Origin: Candidatus Parcubacteria bacterium
GTDB lineage: Bacteria; Patescibacteriota; Minisyncoccia; Minisyncoccales; JAGLUP01
Length of the DNA: 64,000 bases
Reading direction: 5' to 3'
NCBI GenBank assembly: GCA_023134715.1
Contig: JAGLUP010000003.1
Coordinates: 99,014-163,013 of the forward strand
The notes under the pieces were generated by a model. It ran no database searches, was not told where the DNA came from, and worked only from the letters and a program-made list of their open reading frames with translations. The position numbers and the translations under genes were made by a program. Numbering within the stretch: the stretch's first letter is position 1; every line of letters starts with the position of its first letter. Below are positions 49,403 through 59,108 of this stretch, one piece after another.

Positions 49403-50539
49403 ATGTCTAAAAGAAAAAAAAGAATTATAGTCGCAACTCCTACTCTTTGCGGAGGCAGCTGGCTTTATATAGAAAGAATTTTAGAAAAATTATCTTCAGA
49501 TAACTGCCAAATTTTTATTATTGGACTGGGTAAGAATTTTCATAAACATAAAAATTTCTCTTATTTTTCTATTCCTTATCCGCGTTATGATAAATGGGGC
49601 TTTATCCCGGGCATTAATCCTATAATTGCTTTTTTTTGGATTTTACCTCTTTTTTTTGTTACTATTTTTTTCTTGATTATTTTACGGCCTTCCCTTGTAA
49701 TTAGTAATGGCTGCACTTCTGGAATGATTATTGCTCCTTTTGTTAAACTTTTTAAAAAGCCCTTTGTATTAATGTATCATACTGGCATATATAAAAGCAT
49801 TGGAGAGATATCGAGAAAGACACTTAAGACACTAAGTAGATTTATAGATTTGGCAGTGGTTAATTCTAAAGGAAGCTTTCAGGATATTCTTCCAATTATG
49901 CCATCTAATAAAGTGATTGTAAGTGAGTTATGGGCTGATAATCTTTTTTTTGAAAGTCCGATAAAAGACACTTTAAATCAGGCGCTTACTATTTTATTTG
50001 TAGGAAGATTAGATAAAGATAAATTATGCCTTCCTTTAATTAAAATAGCCGAAAAATTAAAAAACGACAAAAAATTTCTTTTTCTTTTTGCCGGCGTTGG
50101 AGAATATGCTTCCTTATTAAGTGATTTTTCAAAAAAATATGATAATATTAAGTATCTCGGCTATATTACAAATAGAGAAAGATTAAGAGATTTGTATCAA
50201 TCTTCTGATTTATTATGGGCTTTTGCCGATGAGACATATTTAGCAATTCCCGCATTAGAAGCATTAGCTTGCGGTACGCCGATATTGGTGCCGGAAAAAT
50301 CTGCTATTTTAGAAAAAGCTCAAGATGGTATTAAAATAAACCATAATCTTGTTCCTTCTGAAATAGGATGGATTATTGATACTGATAATTTAGATAGTAT
50401 TATCAATCTTATTTTTAAAATAAAATCCAAAGGTATTAGTATGAAAATAAAGCAAGGGTGCCGCAGATATGCTCAAGAGAAATACTCTGAAAAAAATTTA
50501 GAAAAAACAGTTAAAATAATAAACAAGATATTAAATTAA
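49403..50539 (+). CDS. Glycosyltransferase family 4
   Basis: GT-B C-terminal domain (FVGRLDKDK ... EALACGTPILV). N-terminal segment has a hydrophobic helix. Confidence 0.6.
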   Translation: MSKRKKRIIVATPTLCGGSWLYIERILEKLSSDNCQIFIIGLGKNFHKHKNFSYFSIPYPRYDKWGFIPGINPIIAFFWILPLFFVTIFFLIILRPSLVISNGCTSGMIIAPFVKLFKKPFVLMYHTGIYKSIGEISRKTLKTLSRFIDLAVVNSKGSFQDILPIMPSNKVIVSELWADNLFFESPIKDTLNQALTILFVGRLDKDKLCLPLIKIAEKLKNDKKFLFLFAGVGEYASLLSDFSKKYDNIKYLGYITNRERLRDLYQSSDLLWAFADETYLAIPALEALACGTPILVPEKSAILEKAQDGIKINHNLVPSEIGWIIDTDNLDSIINLIFKIKSKGISMKIKQGCRRYAQEKYSEKNLEKTVKIINKILN

Positions 50540-50553
50540 GAATTACAAAATTT

Positions 50554-51636
50554 ATGAAAAAAGCTTGTATCATCCTTGGCACTCGGCCAGAAATAATAAA
50601 ATTTTCTTCGATTATTCGGGAATTTATAAAAAAAAGATTTCATTTTTTTATTTTGCATACAAATCAGCATTATTCAGAAAAATTAGATAAAATATTTTTT
50701 AAGGAATTGGAATTGCCTCAGCCGAAATATAATTTAAAAATAGGTTCAGGGACCCACGCTGAAAGCACGGCTAAGATGTTGATTGGGATTGAGAAAGTAT
50801 TATTTAGAGAGAAACCAGATATAGTTTTAGTGTTAGGAGACACAAATACTACGTTAGCCGGAGCTTTGGCGGCTGTTAAGATTCATATTAAAATTGGACA
50901 CATAGAAGCAGGGCCAAGATCATATTCTAAAGAGATGCCCGAAGAAATCAACAGAATAATAGTGGATCATATTTCTGATTACTTATTTACTTCGGTAAAA
51001 AGAGAGAAAGACATTTTAATTAAAGAGGGAATACCGAAAGGAAAGATTTTTATTGCAGGAAACCCTATTGTTGACGCTGTTTATCAAAATTTAAAAATAG
51101 CAGAAAAGAAATCAAAAATTTTTAAAAAATTACATTTGGAAAAGGAGAAATATTTTTTAGTAACCGCTCACCGCCAAGAGAATGTTGACAAAAAAGAAAA
51201 ATTACAAGGAATTTTAGAGGGGTTAAAATTGATACACCAAGAATTTGAATTGCCAATAATTTACCCTATTCATCCAAGAACGCAAAAACGATTAAAAGAT
51301 TTCAAATTATTAGTTCCAGAAGAGATAAAGTTAATCCCTCCTTTAGGATATTTGGCATTTCTGGATTTAGAGTCAAACGCCCTTTTGACGCTTACTGATT
51401 CGGGAGGAGTTCAAGAAGAGAGCTGCATTTTGAATGTTCCATGTGTGTCTTTTCGGGAAAATACTGAATGGCCGGAGACGTTGGAGAACGGAAGCAATAC
51501 TCTTGCAGGCGTAAACCCAAGAAAGATTCTTAATGGAGCTAAGAAATTACTCGACGAAAAGAAAAATTGGAAAAATCCTTTTGGAAATGGCAAGTCTGGA
51601 AAAACTATAATGGATATAGTCGGAAAAATTATCTAA
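50554..51636 (+). CDS. wecB: UDP-N-acetylglucosamine 2-epimerase (non-hydrolysing)
   Basis: ILGTRPEIIKFSSI, VLVLGDTNTTLAGALAA, HIEAGPRSYSKEMPEEINR. Canonical WecB/MnaA motifs. Confidence 0.85.
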   Translation: MKKACIILGTRPEIIKFSSIIREFIKKRFHFFILHTNQHYSEKLDKIFFKELELPQPKYNLKIGSGTHAESTAKMLIGIEKVLFREKPDIVLVLGDTNTTLAGALAAVKIHIKIGHIEAGPRSYSKEMPEEINRIIVDHISDYLFTSVKREKDILIKEGIPKGKIFIAGNPIVDAVYQNLKIAEKKSKIFKKLHLEKEKYFLVTAHRQENVDKKEKLQGILEGLKLIHQEFELPIIYPIHPRTQKRLKDFKLLVPEEIKLIPPLGYLAFLDLESNALLTLTDSGGVQEESCILNVPCVSFRENTEWPETLENGSNTLAGVNPRKILNGAKKLLDEKKNWKNPFGNGKSGKTIMDIVGKII

Positions 51637-51682
51637 AGAGTTTTCTTAATAAAACATGAAGAGCTCTGTGGAGAAATAAAGC

Positions 51683-52666
51683 ATGATTTCTATAATAATA
51701 GTTAATTATAACGGAAAAAAATGGCTGAAAAAGTGCCTTGATTCTTTGTTTTCTCAAACATATAAGAATTTTGAAATTGTTTTTGTTGATAATGACTCCA
51801 GCGATGACAGCGTAGATTTCATTAAGAAAAATTATCCTAAGGTAAGGATTGTGCAAAGTGATAGAAATCTTGGGTTTGCCGGAGGAAACAATCTTGGCAT
51901 AAGTGAATCGAAAGGAGATATTATTCTATTGCTTAGCAATGACACTTGGGTAGAGAATGATTTTTTAAAGAACATACTATCTTATTTTGAAGAGCATAAT
52001 TTTGATGTAGTAGGCGTTTTACAATCAGAGTATGAAAGGAAAGAAATAAAAATAAGGAATTCTTGTAGTAGGATTGATCCGACCGGAGCTTCCGTGGTCC
52101 TGCCCAAAAAAGACAATGAAGAGCATTTCAGCGCGTGCGGTTGCTGTTTACTATTTAAGAAAAATTTGTATGAAAAAACAAGGGGGCTGGACGGAAGGTT
52201 TTTTATGTATTTTGAAGAGACTGATTGGTGCTGGAGGCTACACCTTTTTGGAAAAAAAGTTGGTATAGCGGAGAATACTTTTATTTATCATGCAAGTTCA
52301 GGGAGCACCGGACCAGGACTGAAATATCTTACTTTTTTATGGCGAAATCAAAACATACCCCAAATGCTTTTAAAAAATTATTCTTGGTACAATTTGCTGT
52401 GGACATTGCCTTTGTATGTAATACAAAATATTTTTGAAATTATATTTTTTTTAGTAAACCTCAAATTTAAAATTGCCTGGTCATATTTTGAAGGATGGGT
52501 ATTTATTGTGAAGAATTTCAAAGGAATTATGAAAGAAAGGGAGTGGGTGCAAAGGAATAGAAAGGTGAGTGATTACGAAATAATGAAGAAATTTTTTTAC
52601 TGGGGACCCGCAAAGCTTCACTTTTTAATATCGTTTTATAAAGAGAAGAAAAAATTATGGCTCTAA
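51683..52666 (+). CDS. Glycosyltransferase family 2 (WbbL-type rhamnosyltransferase-like)
   Basis: ISIIIVNYNGKKWLKKCLDSLFSQTY.NFEIVFVDNDSSDDS; DxD later. Confidence 0.7.
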   Translation: MISIIIVNYNGKKWLKKCLDSLFSQTYKNFEIVFVDNDSSDDSVDFIKKNYPKVRIVQSDRNLGFAGGNNLGISESKGDIILLLSNDTWVENDFLKNILSYFEEHNFDVVGVLQSEYERKEIKIRNSCSRIDPTGASVVLPKKDNEEHFSACGCCLLFKKNLYEKTRGLDGRFFMYFEETDWCWRLHLFGKKVGIAENTFIYHASSGSTGPGLKYLTFLWRNQNIPQMLLKNYSWYNLLWTLPLYVIQNIFEIIFFLVNLKFKIAWSYFEGWVFIVKNFKGIMKEREWVQRNRKVSDYEIMKKFFYWGPAKLHFLISFYKEKKKLWL

Positions 52667-52697
52667 TTTAGCTAAATATTCAGTATACGGAATTATT

Positions 52698-55382
52698 ATG
52701 TTATCTTTTTTAAAAGGAAAATTGAATATTGAACATTTGTATATTTTCTTAATTTTTCTGTCTTGTCTTGTTTTTTTGTTTTGGGTAGAGCCTGGTTACA
52801 TACTTCGGGGCGGCGATGTGAGTCTGAGCATAAACCCTTCCTATGATTTGAGGCATTTGTCTACTTGGATAGAAGATAATGGCGGGAGATATATTATTTT
52901 AAACCGTCACTATTTTGTGTTATTTTTCTACTTTTTAAAATCAGCTGGTGTTCCTTTATTTTTTATTACTGGGCTGTATCTTTTTTTTCATCATTTAATT
53001 GCTGGTCTGGGGATGTATTATCTGAGCAGGTTGCTGTTTAGCGAAGAAAAAAATAAAACGCTGATTAGTTTTTTAGCCAGTATTTTTTACCTTTTTTCTC
53101 CGGCCTGCCTTAATCTTTATTATGCTTTTGCGCCTTATTATTTTTTGCCTTTATTATTAGCTCTTTTTATCGACGGATTTCGTAAAGGAAAGTTTTTTAT
53201 GTATTCGGTGCTGTTTGCGGTTTGTCTTTATCCTGGCATTATTCATGCTCTTCCCAATCCCAAGTCCTTTGTTTTTATTTTTTCTTTGGTTGGTTTTACC
53301 TCTCTCCACTTGATTTTTTTTGAGAAAGCTAAAATAAAAAAACTATTTTTATATCTGCTTTTTATCTTAGTTTCCTGTCTGGCTTTAAATGCTTGGTTTT
53401 TCCTGCCCTATCTTGTAAATATATTTAAATCTGATTACGTTTCTTTTTTGATTAGAAGTAATCCACTCTGGGGAGACCCGACCAAGGGATTGGTAGGGGG
53501 CGAGGGTTACTGTACTATTTTGAGTACCTTGAGATTATTTTTTGGCATGAACGTTCCAGTGCTTAAGGAAAAATATTATTTATCACTTGACCTTATCAAG
53601 ATAACAAATTACATTTATCCATTTCTTGCTTTTCTTTCTATTTTTTTTGTGAGCCGTATTAAAAAAATCACTGCTAAAAGAGTGCTTTTACTGTTTTTCA
53701 TCGCCTTATTCTTTATGTTTATTGCCAAAGGTCCCAATCCTCCCCTTGGAGCTATAAATAAGAACTTATTATTACATGTTCCTTTGTATAAAATGTTTAG
53801 AAGCACAGGCGAAGTTTTGGTGATTTTAGCTATTTGTTTTGCCTTACTGACTGGTTTTACCTTAGGAGCGATGTTGATGAGAATCAAAAACAAAATTGGC
53901 AAAGCAATGTTGGTAGCCATGGCGTTTGTTTTCCTTTTTGTTAATTCATACCCTCTCTTTTTGGGTTATATTACGCTTAATCGGGGCAGGTTTCCCAACT
54001 CTGACCCCACAAAACACGGGATAAAAATACCGGAGAGTTATTATGCGGTCGGCAATTACTTAAAAAGCAAAGAAGACAATGATAAAGTTTTACTTTTACC
54101 CTTAAGGGATTACGAAGTAACAAAATGGGGATTTTTCGGCCCCACCATTTTGCCTAGTCTTCTTGAGAGGCCCACGCTTTTCTCCCTCGGTCCAATTTCG
54201 CAAGTTGGATTAGATGACTGGCGGGCATTTTTAAGCTCAACTATTAATCAGGGTGATCCGTACAGCCAGCAGCTTTTAGGTTTGTCTAATATCAGATATG
54301 TTTTAGTGCAAATGGATTTGGCGGAAGGTGATCCTGCTATATATCAAAAGAATGCGCAAGCTGTATTTAATTTAATTAAGTCTACAGGCGATTTATATCT
54401 ATACGAAATTAATGACAGCTATTATTTGCCGCGTATCTATGTTCCGGAAGTTTCCTATATTTTAGAGGGCGAAAAACGTAATATTGTTGACATTATGAAA
54501 TTTAATAGTGATACTAAAAAAGCGGCAATGGTTTATCAAAATTGTAATAGTTGCAATACAGGACCAGAAAATGAGCATATTATCAAAAACGCTAAGAGTA
54601 TTTTCATTTTTCCCAGATCTAATATAAGCGCTGTTCGCCGTTTTAATCCCGGAGATAAATTAAAGGAGGTAGATAGCAGTTTGGTTTATTTAGATAAGAA
54701 AAATACATTTTTTGCGCCTATGAAAGGTAACTATGTTTTGTATATAAAAAAAGACAGCATTTTAGGTCAAACCAATGGCGTCTCTGTAGTAGTTGATGGT
54801 AAAGAAATCATTTACAAGAATAATGAAACAACGGCAGGCAATAATAACTGGCATCAAACAGGGGAAATAAAACTGGATAAGGGTGAGCATTTCTTTAATT
54901 TAAAATTTGGAAATGAAGATATAAACATAATAAAGTCAGGTGATTTTTTATTTAAATTAGATAATTCACAGTATGATCAATTTAGCAATATTCCGAAAAT
55001 TAGTTTTCAAAAAATTAATTCAACAAAATATAAGATTAAAGTTGATAATGCTGTAGCCCCTTTTTATTTGGTCTTTTCCGAAAATTTTCATGGCGGATGG
55101 GAAGCATATTTTACTAATGGAAAGAATGATTCTTTTTTTAGAGATGCTTGGTTTAAAAAAAATGTTCCATCTGATAATCACTTTTTAGTAAATGGTTTTG
55201 CCAACGGATGGTATATCGTGCCTCCTGAAAACAATTTCAATATTACCGTAGAATATTCCTTTCAGAAATTATTATATTTCGGTTATTGTATCAGTGGTTT
55301 ATATCTTTTTTCTTTTTTCATTTATCTGTTCTTAAGGACCAATAAAGAGAGAAAAAAAGAAGATAATTTAATTAAAGATTAA
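52698..55382 (+). CDS. Large polytopic membrane protein, YfhO-like / GT-C-fold glycosyltransferase candidate (extracytoplasmic glycosylation or polymer handling)
   Basis: 894 aa. About 13 N-terminal TM helices, a ~450-aa soluble domain, then a final C-terminal TM helix and Lys-rich tail; matches the YfhO-family architecture. No catalytic motif verified. Confidence 0.4.
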   Translation: MLSFLKGKLNIEHLYIFLIFLSCLVFLFWVEPGYILRGGDVSLSINPSYDLRHLSTWIEDNGGRYIILNRHYFVLFFYFLKSAGVPLFFITGLYLFFHHLIAGLGMYYLSRLLFSEEKNKTLISFLASIFYLFSPACLNLYYAFAPYYFLPLLLALFIDGFRKGKFFMYSVLFAVCLYPGIIHALPNPKSFVFIFSLVGFTSLHLIFFEKAKIKKLFLYLLFILVSCLALNAWFFLPYLVNIFKSDYVSFLIRSNPLWGDPTKGLVGGEGYCTILSTLRLFFGMNVPVLKEKYYLSLDLIKITNYIYPFLAFLSIFFVSRIKKITAKRVLLLFFIALFFMFIAKGPNPPLGAINKNLLLHVPLYKMFRSTGEVLVILAICFALLTGFTLGAMLMRIKNKIGKAMLVAMAFVFLFVNSYPLFLGYITLNRGRFPNSDPTKHGIKIPESYYAVGNYLKSKEDNDKVLLLPLRDYEVTKWGFFGPTILPSLLERPTLFSLGPISQVGLDDWRAFLSSTINQGDPYSQQLLGLSNIRYVLVQMDLAEGDPAIYQKNAQAVFNLIKSTGDLYLYEINDSYYLPRIYVPEVSYILEGEKRNIVDIMKFNSDTKKAAMVYQNCNSCNTGPENEHIIKNAKSIFIFPRSNISAVRRFNPGDKLKEVDSSLVYLDKKNTFFAPMKGNYVLYIKKDSILGQTNGVSVVVDGKEIIYKNNETTAGNNNWHQTGEIKLDKGEHFFNLKFGNEDINIIKSGDFLFKLDNSQYDQFSNIPKISFQKINSTKYKIKVDNAVAPFYLVFSENFHGGWEAYFTNGKNDSFFRDAWFKKNVPSDNHFLVNGFANGWYIVPPENNFNITVEYSFQKLLYFGYCISGLYLFSFFIYLFLRTNKERKKEDNLIKD

Positions 55383-55391
55383 AATATTAAT

Positions 55392-56579
55392 ATGACAATA
55401 AAAGATTTTATTATTAGATTAGCATTAAATATCTTCTATATTCCCTTGTTTTTTATTTTCTCTTATCTTATTCCGAAAGATAAAAAGTTAATTTTAATTG
55501 GCTCTGGCTTTGGACACAGAATTATGGGTAATCCAAGATATTTTTATTTATGGCTTTGCCAACAGCAAAAAGTATTTTTTAAGTTTTCATGGATTACTCG
55601 AAATAAAGAGCTTTTTCGTAAATTAAGGAAAGACGGCATACCTGTAGTGTTCCTTTATTCTCTAAAAGGAATGTGGTATATTATTAGAGCCAATTATTTT
55701 ATAATTGAACAATCTAGCCAAGATATTACAGGACGCACTTTTCTTTTAGGAAATTTTAACATTATAAATACTTGGCACGGAACATTTGTAAAGAATGATT
55801 CGTTTGAAAAACTCAAGAAAAAAAGCTTGGGAAACAAATTATTCCATTCCTTAATGAAAAAGGAAAAAAAAAATTACAAACTAATTTTAGCTTGTTCAAA
55901 AAGCGCAGCATTAAATTTGCAGTTTGCTTTATTCAATAAAAATATCAAAATAACTGGCTATCCCCGCAATGATATATTTTTTAATAGAAATTTAAGTTTT
56001 AGAAATTATAGAAAAGAATTAAATTTAGATAAATACAGTAAAGTTTTGTTATACGCGCCGACTTTTAGAGACGGACAGAACTTAACAAGTCCTTTTTCAG
56101 AGGAATTTTCTATTGAGTTAAATAATCATCTCAAGAAAAATAATTATGTTTTTTTAATAAAAAATCATCCTTCTTTTGAGCACAAGATAAAAGTTTTTGA
56201 ACTTAGCAATATATTGAATATTTCTAATTCTATTGACGACATTCAGGAGATTTTAATACATGCAGATGTTTTAATAACAGATTATTCAAGTATGTTTTTT
56301 GAATTTTGCTTAACTAATCGGCCAATCATTTTTTACCCTTATGATTATGACAGTTATCTAAAGAATTGTAGAGAAATGTACTATGATTATTACAAAGAGA
56401 TGCCTGGGCCTTTCGCCAACAATCAAGAAGAGTTGCTTGATTTAATTAAGAGTGTCAATCAGTGGTCAAGAGACGAAGATTATAAAAGGCGTTATGAATT
56501 ATTTAAGAATAGATTTAATCAATACCAAGATGGAAAATCTTGTGAAAGATTATATGGTTTGATTAGGGAAATATTGTGA
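55392..56579 (+). CDS. CDP-glycerol glycerophosphotransferase, TagB/TagF family
   Basis: YAPTFRD and HADVLITDYSSMFFEFCLTNRPIIFY, the hallmark Glyphos_transf C-domain motifs. Confidence 0.75.
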   Translation: MTIKDFIIRLALNIFYIPLFFIFSYLIPKDKKLILIGSGFGHRIMGNPRYFYLWLCQQQKVFFKFSWITRNKELFRKLRKDGIPVVFLYSLKGMWYIIRANYFIIEQSSQDITGRTFLLGNFNIINTWHGTFVKNDSFEKLKKKSLGNKLFHSLMKKEKKNYKLILACSKSAALNLQFALFNKNIKITGYPRNDIFFNRNLSFRNYRKELNLDKYSKVLLYAPTFRDGQNLTSPFSEEFSIELNNHLKKNNYVFLIKNHPSFEHKIKVFELSNILNISNSIDDIQEILIHADVLITDYSSMFFEFCLTNRPIIFYPYDYDSYLKNCREMYYDYYKEMPGPFANNQEELLDLIKSVNQWSRDEDYKRRYELFKNRFNQYQDGKSCERLYGLIREIL

Positions 56580-56622
56580 TTTATAGTTTATAGTTATTTA
56601 TCATTTTTCTGTAATTTCAATT

Positions 56623-58032
56623 ATGAAAAAATTTTCTAAAACAAAAATAATTACCACCATCGGTCCCAGAACAGCAAATGAAAAGGATATTAAAAGATTA
56701 GTTGATTCAGGGATTAGCATGTTCCGATTGAATGCGTCTCATAATACATTGAAATGGCATCAAAAAGTCATAGAATTGATAAGAAAGAATGCTTTTAATA
56801 TACCGATATTACTGGATATTCCTGGTAAAAAAGTAAGAGTGTCTCAAATTAAAGTACCCAAAAAATTAAAGATTGGCGAACCTTTTATCTTTACTGCCTC
56901 ACCTAATATAGACGAAGAGAATAGAATTTCGGTTGATTATGATTTTTTGCATAAGGATGTAAAGCCCAATGACATAATTTTAGCTGATGATGGGACATTA
57001 AAGTTTTATGTTCTAAAGATTGTTGATAATAATATACATACACGAATAGAGGCGGAAGGTATTTTATGCAGCCGTAAAGGGATTAATGTGCCTTATAGAA
57101 AATTGAACAATTCTTTGATTAATTATAATGATAAGGTTTTATTAAATTTTTCAAGAGAAAATAAAGTTGACTATATAGGCGTTTCATTTGCAGAAAGCGG
57201 AGAATATATTCAAAAAATTAGAAAATATTTAAAAAGTTTAGATATCGGAATTATTGCCAAAATAGAAAATATTTTTGGATTAAATAATTTAGAAAATATT
57301 ATTAGAGAAAGCGATGGTATTATGATAGATAGAGGGGACTTGGGCGCAGAAACAAAGATTGAACATTTATCTATTCTTCAAAAAAGAATTATCAAAAAAA
57401 CTAATCAATTTGGCAAGCCGGTAATTGTGGCTACTGAAATGATGGATAGTATGATTGAAAAATCTACTCCCACAAAAGCTGAAGTTTCTGATATTTCAAA
57501 CGCTATCTTAGACGGCACGAGCTGTATTATGCTTTCGGGTGAAACAGCAATTGGTAGATTTCCAGAGAAATGCGTAGAAATTATGCAAAATATTGCTAAA
57601 GAAGTAGAGGGTTCAGTTTATCTTGATTATCCACGGATTAAAGTTAAAAAAAATGAATTACATAATATTTTTGGAAAAGCAATATCAGATATTACTAATA
57701 TTTATCCCGTAGATTATATTATTTGCATAACTAAAACAGGATTTGCTGTAAGCGTGGTTTCTAAATTTAAGCCGAGAATTCCCATTATAGTTGTTACTGA
57801 CAATATAACAACATATAGAAAATTAAATATTATATGGGGCGTTTTTCCTTTTTTATATCCAAAGGAATTTTCTTTGAAGTCAGATGAATATATGTATCAT
57901 GTGATAAGATTGTTAATCAAGAATAGAATAATAGACAGAAAAGACAAAATATTGATAACTTATGTAAAAAATCCTGTTTTTAGCGAAAAAATGAATACAA
58001 TTGAGGTGCATACTGCCAATAAATTTTTATAA
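56623..58032 (+). CDS. pyk: Pyruvate kinase family protein (divergent)
   Basis: KIITTIGP, RLNASHN, IAKIEN, MIDRGDLGAE, ATEMMDSM..PTKAEVSDISNAILDG, GETAIGRFP. The usual DTKGPEIR box reads DIPGKKVR instead. Confidence 0.6.
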   Translation: MKKFSKTKIITTIGPRTANEKDIKRLVDSGISMFRLNASHNTLKWHQKVIELIRKNAFNIPILLDIPGKKVRVSQIKVPKKLKIGEPFIFTASPNIDEENRISVDYDFLHKDVKPNDIILADDGTLKFYVLKIVDNNIHTRIEAEGILCSRKGINVPYRKLNNSLINYNDKVLLNFSRENKVDYIGVSFAESGEYIQKIRKYLKSLDIGIIAKIENIFGLNNLENIIRESDGIMIDRGDLGAETKIEHLSILQKRIIKKTNQFGKPVIVATEMMDSMIEKSTPTKAEVSDISNAILDGTSCIMLSGETAIGRFPEKCVEIMQNIAKEVEGSVYLDYPRIKVKKNELHNIFGKAISDITNIYPVDYIICITKTGFAVSVVSKFKPRIPIIVVTDNITTYRKLNIIWGVFPFLYPKEFSLKSDEYMYHVIRLLIKNRIIDRKDKILITYVKNPVFSEKMNTIEVHTANKFL

Positions 58033-58037
58033 TAATT

Positions 58038-59108
58038 ATGAAGTCATTCGTGGTGAACAACGAAATATTAATGGATTTGGATAAAATTGCTAATAATGCT
58101 TATCATCCTTTAAAAGGTTTTTTAAATAAAGATGATTTATTATCTGTAATAGAAAAATATCGTTTGACCAATGGGGAATGCTGGCCTATGCCTATTATTT
58201 TAGATTTTGATAAAGAAGATATTAAAAGTTTTAAAATGGGCAGTGATATAATATTAAAAGAAAGTAGCGGGAAAGATATTGCTGAATTAAAAATTGAAGA
58301 TATTTATCAGGTGAACAAAAAAAAATTAGCTAAAGATATATTTCTAACAAACGATGAAAATCATCCTGGCGTGAGATGGTGGCTTGGTTTAAAAGATTTT
58401 TTTGTTGGCGGGAAAATTAAATTAATAAATAAGCCAATATTTTTTAACGCAGAAGATGAATTAAGTCCGCAAGAAGTAAAACATATTATTAAAAATAATG
58501 GTTTTAAAACAATAGTTGGTTTTCATACTAGAAATCCTATTCATCGCGCTCATGAATATTTACAGCGATGTGCTTTGGAAATAACAGACTGTTTAGTTAT
58601 TCATCCAGTAGTCGGTAAGAAGAAAAAAGGAGATTTTACAGCAGGAGCGATTCGGGCAAGTTATAATGCTATGCTGGAAAGTTATTATCCAAAAAATAGA
58701 ATAATTTTCAGTGTTTTGTCAACATATTCTCGATATGCCGGACCAAGAGAAGCATTATTTACAGCAATTATTAGAAGAAATTATGGCTGTACCCATTTTA
58801 TTGTTGGTCGTGACCATACGGGCGTAGCAAATTATTATGGCAGATATGATTCTCATAAAATTTTTAATCAATTTTCAGATTTAGGCATTACTCCTTTAAA
58901 ATTTTATGAACCTGTATACTGTAGACATTGTAATAATATTGTTACAGAAAAAACCTGTATTCACAAAAATGGTTTTATCAAAATTAGCGGAACTAAAATT
59001 AGAGAGCTAATAAGTAAAAGTTCTAATATAAAAGATATTTATTTAAGAAAGGAAGTTTTAGAAAGTATTTTAAATTATGGAAAGAATAATAAAATATTTG
59101 TGGATTGA
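58038..59108 (+). CDS. sat: Sulfate adenylyltransferase (ATP sulfurylase), single-domain form
   Basis: GFHTRNPIHRAHEYLQ (QTRN..HRAH) and VGRDHTGV (GRDHAG) motifs with the PUA-like N-terminal domain; 356 aa. Confidence 0.85.
   Translation: MKSFVVNNEILMDLDKIANNAYHPLKGFLNKDDLLSVIEKYRLTNGECWPMPIILDFDKEDIKSFKMGSDIILKESSGKDIAELKIEDIYQVNKKKLAKDIFLTNDENHPGVRWWLGLKDFFVGGKIKLINKPIFFNAEDELSPQEVKHIIKNNGFKTIVGFHTRNPIHRAHEYLQRCALEITDCLVIHPVVGKKKKGDFTAGAIRASYNAMLESYYPKNRIIFSVLSTYSRYAGPREALFTAIIRRNYGCTHFIVGRDHTGVANYYGRYDSHKIFNQFSDLGITPLKFYEPVYCRHCNNIVTEKTCIHKNGFIKISGTKIRELISKSSNIKDIYLRKEVLESILNYGKNNKIFVD

Noticed and set aside
56623-58032. The idea that the PK-like protein is an APS kinase substitute
   Set aside because: Not rejected as a hypothesis to test, but not annotated as such. 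There is no sequence support beyond the loss of the DTKGPEIR box and adjacency to sat. It is most parsimoniously a divergent glycolytic pyruvate kinase.
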